A DNA stretch of 57,581 nucleotides, counting the filler, from Platydemus manokwari (taxonomy: Eukaryota): NCBI GenBank assembly GCA_037951405.1. It is 4 parts of 4 records of this genome, joined end to end, with 100 filler letters (N's around TTAATTAATTAA, not from the genome) between each part and the next. Parts side by side here need not be neighbours in the genome. Positions count along the whole stretch, not along the records: positions 43,432 to 57,581 come from JBBMOY011518078.1; 3 more parts are not named here. One strand, 5' to 3'. Both the position numbers and the translations under genes were made by a program. This document shows, one piece after another, positions 53,407 to 57,581 of the stretch. The notes beneath the pieces were generated by a model. It worked only from the letters and a program-made list of their open reading frames with translations. It ran no database searches and had not been told where the DNA came from. How positions within the stretch are numbered: the stretch's first letter is position 1; every line of letters begins with the position of its first letter.

Positions 53407-53960
53407 AATTGGGGCCATAGAATAAAATTTTGAATTTGTTGAGTGTATTGCAAAAATCTATATAGTTTATTTAATTATATTCTTTAAAAACATTTTGAAT
53501 TTTTATTGAAGTACTTAAGAAGAATTTTCGTTGTTTGAAATCAAATATTAAATGAAATAGAGCTTAAAAATATCTTAGAATTCGATTATATGAAAAAAGT
53601 AGATCGAATTACAATTTATTGAAAATTATCGATGTCACCTTTTTTAATATTAGAAGCAAATTGAGAAATATTCTCAATTTTTACAATTATTTTAAAAAAT
53701 AACCAATGATATTATTAAACATGTCTGTAATTAGCTAACTCGATTTATAATTATAAAAATTTAAAGTTAAAAACTTAAATAATCATATTAAATGAATATA
53801 ATTAGAAAAGGGATTTGGTTTTAAAACTGTTTTGTCCTCATTAGACATCCTAAAAAGTAAGATATTAGCTGAATTATACGAATAAATCAAACATCGTATT
53901 TATATATAAAAATAAATTTATAAAATTATCTTATTCGCGAAAATTCATTATTACGAAAAT
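53407..53960 (+). mobile_element. Kolobok-like DNA transposon end, copy 3 (inverted relative to copies 1 and 2)
   Basis: ggggccatagaataaaattttgaatttgttgagtg...; colinear with the reverse complement of 49430-50004. A further fragment lies at ~37490-37615. Confidence 0.6.
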
Positions 53961-55409
53961 CTTTAATTAACCCAAATATTTATTTAAATAAAATGTTTTG
54001 TCCTGGTTGATATATATATATATATATATCATTTAGACTAAATTGGATAAGAATGGAATCATATTATAAATCTAAATTTTCAAAGATATCTATAGGACTT
54101 TTATCGGTGAGAATTTTTGATCTGTAATAAATTCATAGCGTTATCTCTACCCACGCAACGAATCACGATTAAATATGAAACGTAATTAATAATAAATAAT
54201 CTAACAATAAAAAGGATTCATAATATAAAAAATTTATTCCGAATTCATATATTTCATTTCAGACATCTACTGTCGATTAGTTTCTGCCGACATGACAGCT
54301 CAATAGTTAAAATAGTGCTTTGGTAAAAGGTTTCTAAAACCGATTTATGATTATATTATAAAAATACGATTATGATTATATTATAAATTAAATAATTATA
54401 TTATCAAAAATATTTAGATTGTTTGAGCGATAATTAAATTTATTTGATTATAAAGCAACGTGTTTATTTTAATGATGACACGATGTGGAAGACAATTCTT
54501 CAATCAATCATTAGATAAAAGGAAAATCCGTAATACCATGATCACAGAATACATGATTCCTGAATTGTCAACTCATTGGATATATTCCTTATTGAAATCA
54601 TTTTATAAATTGCTCATATCATTACAATAATATACAAGTTCACAAAGATTTATAAAAAACTTATCAAGTCCATTTTATACAGTAAAATTAAATATAAAAA
54701 TATTACATGCCGATATGATTATTTTATTTCAAATAAATCACCATGGTAATCAAATAACCAAATTTTTTATTTTATCTTGTACCTTTATTATCATATTGTG
54801 GATGAGACTATGATATCTAAAATACATACATATTAATGACCTTTGTAAGCTTATTGATAACGGACATAAATGTAACTCCAATTAAACGACGGAATAACAA
54901 GCGTAAATGAATGACCTTTTAATGGTCATAATTGCGAGAATTATTAAAATTGTGAATTTGAGATCTTATCCGTTACTGTTTAATAGGAATCGGATGGATA
55001 TGTAGGTGTATCCGATACGGATTAATGGTGGATTATTTATTGGAGGAAAAAAAAATTTATTTAGCAAACTCACAAGACTCTTCAAATAATTCATTGTAAT
55101 AACTTGTAAAAAATATTTATACATATAAGATGATGATAATGATAATTATAATAATAATTAATACTATAAAAATATAATTACATAATAATTGTTATTATAA
55201 TAAATATCATAATAATGGCATAATGTAATAATAGTAAATGATAATGTTCCCACGTTTTTTAATTATTTTAGTTCAAAAATTACTGTACTCTTTAACGAAA
55301 CATTGTTGAATTTTATCCGAGCTTGTATATACTTTGAATTAATATTTATATTGAGAGCTTTGTTTGAATCTAATAATGACGATATACCATATATGAGAGT
55401 TCTTCAAAC

Positions 55410-55670
55410 GGCTATTGCGAGAAATTTCATGTTTGATACTGATTTATATCAAAACAAAATATAGATCGAATTTTAAAGATCTGAAATTAGCATTGAGACC
55501 AACCATCGCCGAAATAGAGCAAAGATTTGATGTTGTATGCCAGAATATACAAATTCGTTGTTATTTGTCAATGTTTTCTAATTTTTTGGTGTTAAAAAAT
55601 TTTTATAGAAAAGATTTACTTTATTATTTTTATTTTAGTCACTGGGGTCCCGAAAAAATTTGGACTGAAC
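55410..55670 (+). mobile_element. hAT (Buster-type) transposase C-terminal remnant
   Basis: IKTKYRSNFKDLKLALRPTIAEIEQRFDVVCQ followed by a subterminal ggggtcccga motif. Confidence 0.65.
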
Positions 55671-55999
55671 AGATCCTCAATTCGAACTTTTATTTTTGAT
55701 GAAGAGCCATACGCAAATACAGAAATTCAAAAATGAAATGCGTTTACATAATCTCCTAAAAAATTACGTAATAGATTAAAAATATGTCTGAAAATATTGT
55801 CAATATTTGGTCAAATTTTTAAAATTTGGCATAAAACTAGTTAAAGCTGAACTCAGAAATCCCTTAAGATTTTGATTGGTTCACTGTGAATGAAAGAATA
55901 TTAAAATTAAACTATATTTTTGAAGATTTAATTTTGTACACATTAATTTTAATTTGTTAAAATAATTGTATTTTAATATAATTTGGTGTCGTGTCGTGT

Positions 56000-57425
56000 C
56001 TTTTCAGTTCGTTATCGATACTTGTTTCATAAAATATTGCTTGGACTTTACCGGCTGCATTGTAGATTTACAACACAGATTTGCAACAAAATCAAAAAAA
56101 GACGCAGCATTACCTGAGTCAGGATATTTCGATTCAGGCTCGAGTTTCCAAAATACAATCACAGAAAAATAAATCGTGTAACATTTCCCACGCCTAATGT
56201 TAATTCATCTCTAATAACTCCATTTTCTCAGCCTCTTTTTTAGCAAATATTATTTCATAAATTGAAAACCAATCTTGGATAATTCCTCAAATAAACGGCT
56301 TATATTTATCGAATTCTTTCTTATATGTTAATCGTATTTGCTTATAATTGTGGGAAATGATTCAATTATTTGATCTCCAAGTCGTAAACAAACAATCAAA
56401 GTTTACCTTAAAAAATAATCGACAATATATTTTTATTTTCTTGTAAAGCCAAGTTAAGTGTCATTGTTTTGTCACTCGTAAATCATCCAAAAGAATTTTT
56501 CAATTGACTCTGTGTAATAGCATTTGGTCTGATTAAATTAAAAATAGGCCGAAAATATCTTCCATCTGTTTTTGCATTTGAAGTATTTCTTGTGAAATAT
56601 ACACACGGTGAATTATTCAATGAAGCGATAAAATTCTTTACATTTTAGGAACATCATTTAGAGGATCATTGAGATCTAACTTGGCCCCATCATTGCAGGA
56701 GTTTTGTCAGTAATATATCACTTACGAGTTTAATACGAGACAATTCACATCGGTTCATCACTTCATTGAAATTATTTCTAACATAATACTTTGTTTCCGT
56801 TAGAGCTACTAGATACAACATTTCGTACAAATGTGCATTGCGAATAAAAATGACCAATTGTGTAATATCTTGAATATCTGCGCATTGATCAAGAACTAAA
56901 CTAAATTCTGTAGTTATTGGTAAATCATGTATCAAATTACTGGCAATATTTATTATTGATTACACCAATGACACACTCAATTGTAATGCGTGACGTACGA
57001 GTCTGCATGATCGATTCATTAAATTTTGTATTACTTAGATCAGAAAATTTTTACCACTTCTGCCAAATTTGTTTTAATAGACTCATCTTCTTCATACGGA
57101 AACTTAACACGAAGTATATTTCATGTTTACTAAAAATTAACTTTGTTTATTAAGTTAAATTTGCGATTAAACGAAATTAAGTATCTGTAGTTTGAAAAGA
57201 GCACATTACAAGGAAATACAATTGTTGCTTTGAGATTTGAAATTAAGTAGATATTTAATTGAAAAGTGGGGATTAATTCTTTCTTAATGTTGATATAAAT
57301 TTCTCAATATGTAGTCTGTAATTGTTCTTTTACAAATCAAGCACCATGACATTGTATTATTATCATTAAAACCATAATTATCAACTCTTTCTCCTTGAAC
57401 TCTTAGTTTTTCGTTTTCTGAGATA
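56000..57425 (-). pseudogene. SPIN/GTF2IRD2-like hAT transposase pseudogene, nearly full span
   Basis: Ordered motifs KRK, CLICKRTI..RNLYQH, FSLVLDQCADIQDITQLVIFIR, DGA, NLIRPNAI, LNLALQ, HFP, FWKLEPESKYP and KSK; many stops and deletions. Confidence 0.82.
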
Positions 57426-57510
57426 AATAATTTAAAAACTTTATCAAAAACAATTTGCTCCATTTAAAGAAGATTGGCATATATGAGCACCAATAAAGTC
57501 TAAATTTCTA

Positions 57511-57581
57511 TTAGGTTGGTGCAAAAATAATGGCCTTTTTTAAATTGGCTTTTCATTTTTAAATATTAAATTGAAGATCTT
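57511..57581. mobile_element. Mariner TIR (Hsmar1/MADE1-like) at the window edge
   Basis: TA followed by TTAGGTTGGTGCAAAA, matching the start of the Hsmar1/MADE1 TIR. Confidence 0.7.

Overview
This is very AT-rich eukaryotic (animal) genomic DNA from a draft assembly. It has one sized N-gap (10423-10555) and three artificial 100-bp joins (44N-TTAATTAATTAA-44N). The main host feature is a spliced minus-strand gene for a multi-ankyrin-repeat protein. I reconstructed 10 phase-compatible GT-AG exons between 28303 and 13258 (about 630 codons). The first coding exon is missing from that contig, but a candidate lies at 46434-46518. A possible convergent plus-strand gene end lies at 10702-11872. The rest is mostly decayed transposons: Gypsy, BEL/Pao and LINE pol remnants, five copies of one solo-LTR family (one with a second LTR nested in it), hAT remnants (Buster- and SPIN-like) and MITEs with intact TSDs, Tc1/mariner pieces, a Merlin remnant, Kolobok-like and foldback-like elements, a tRNA-derived SINE, and micro/minisatellites. 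The AT richness, 54-62 nt short introns and TE mix would fit a planarian-like invertebrate (inference only). I found no CRISPR, rRNA, intact tRNA or intact transposase. The least explained items are a 260-bp mini-element with perfect 47-bp terminal direct repeats and a 5-bp TSD, and a dual-frame terminal exon of the ankyrin gene. All family assignments come from motif recognition by eye, not database searches.
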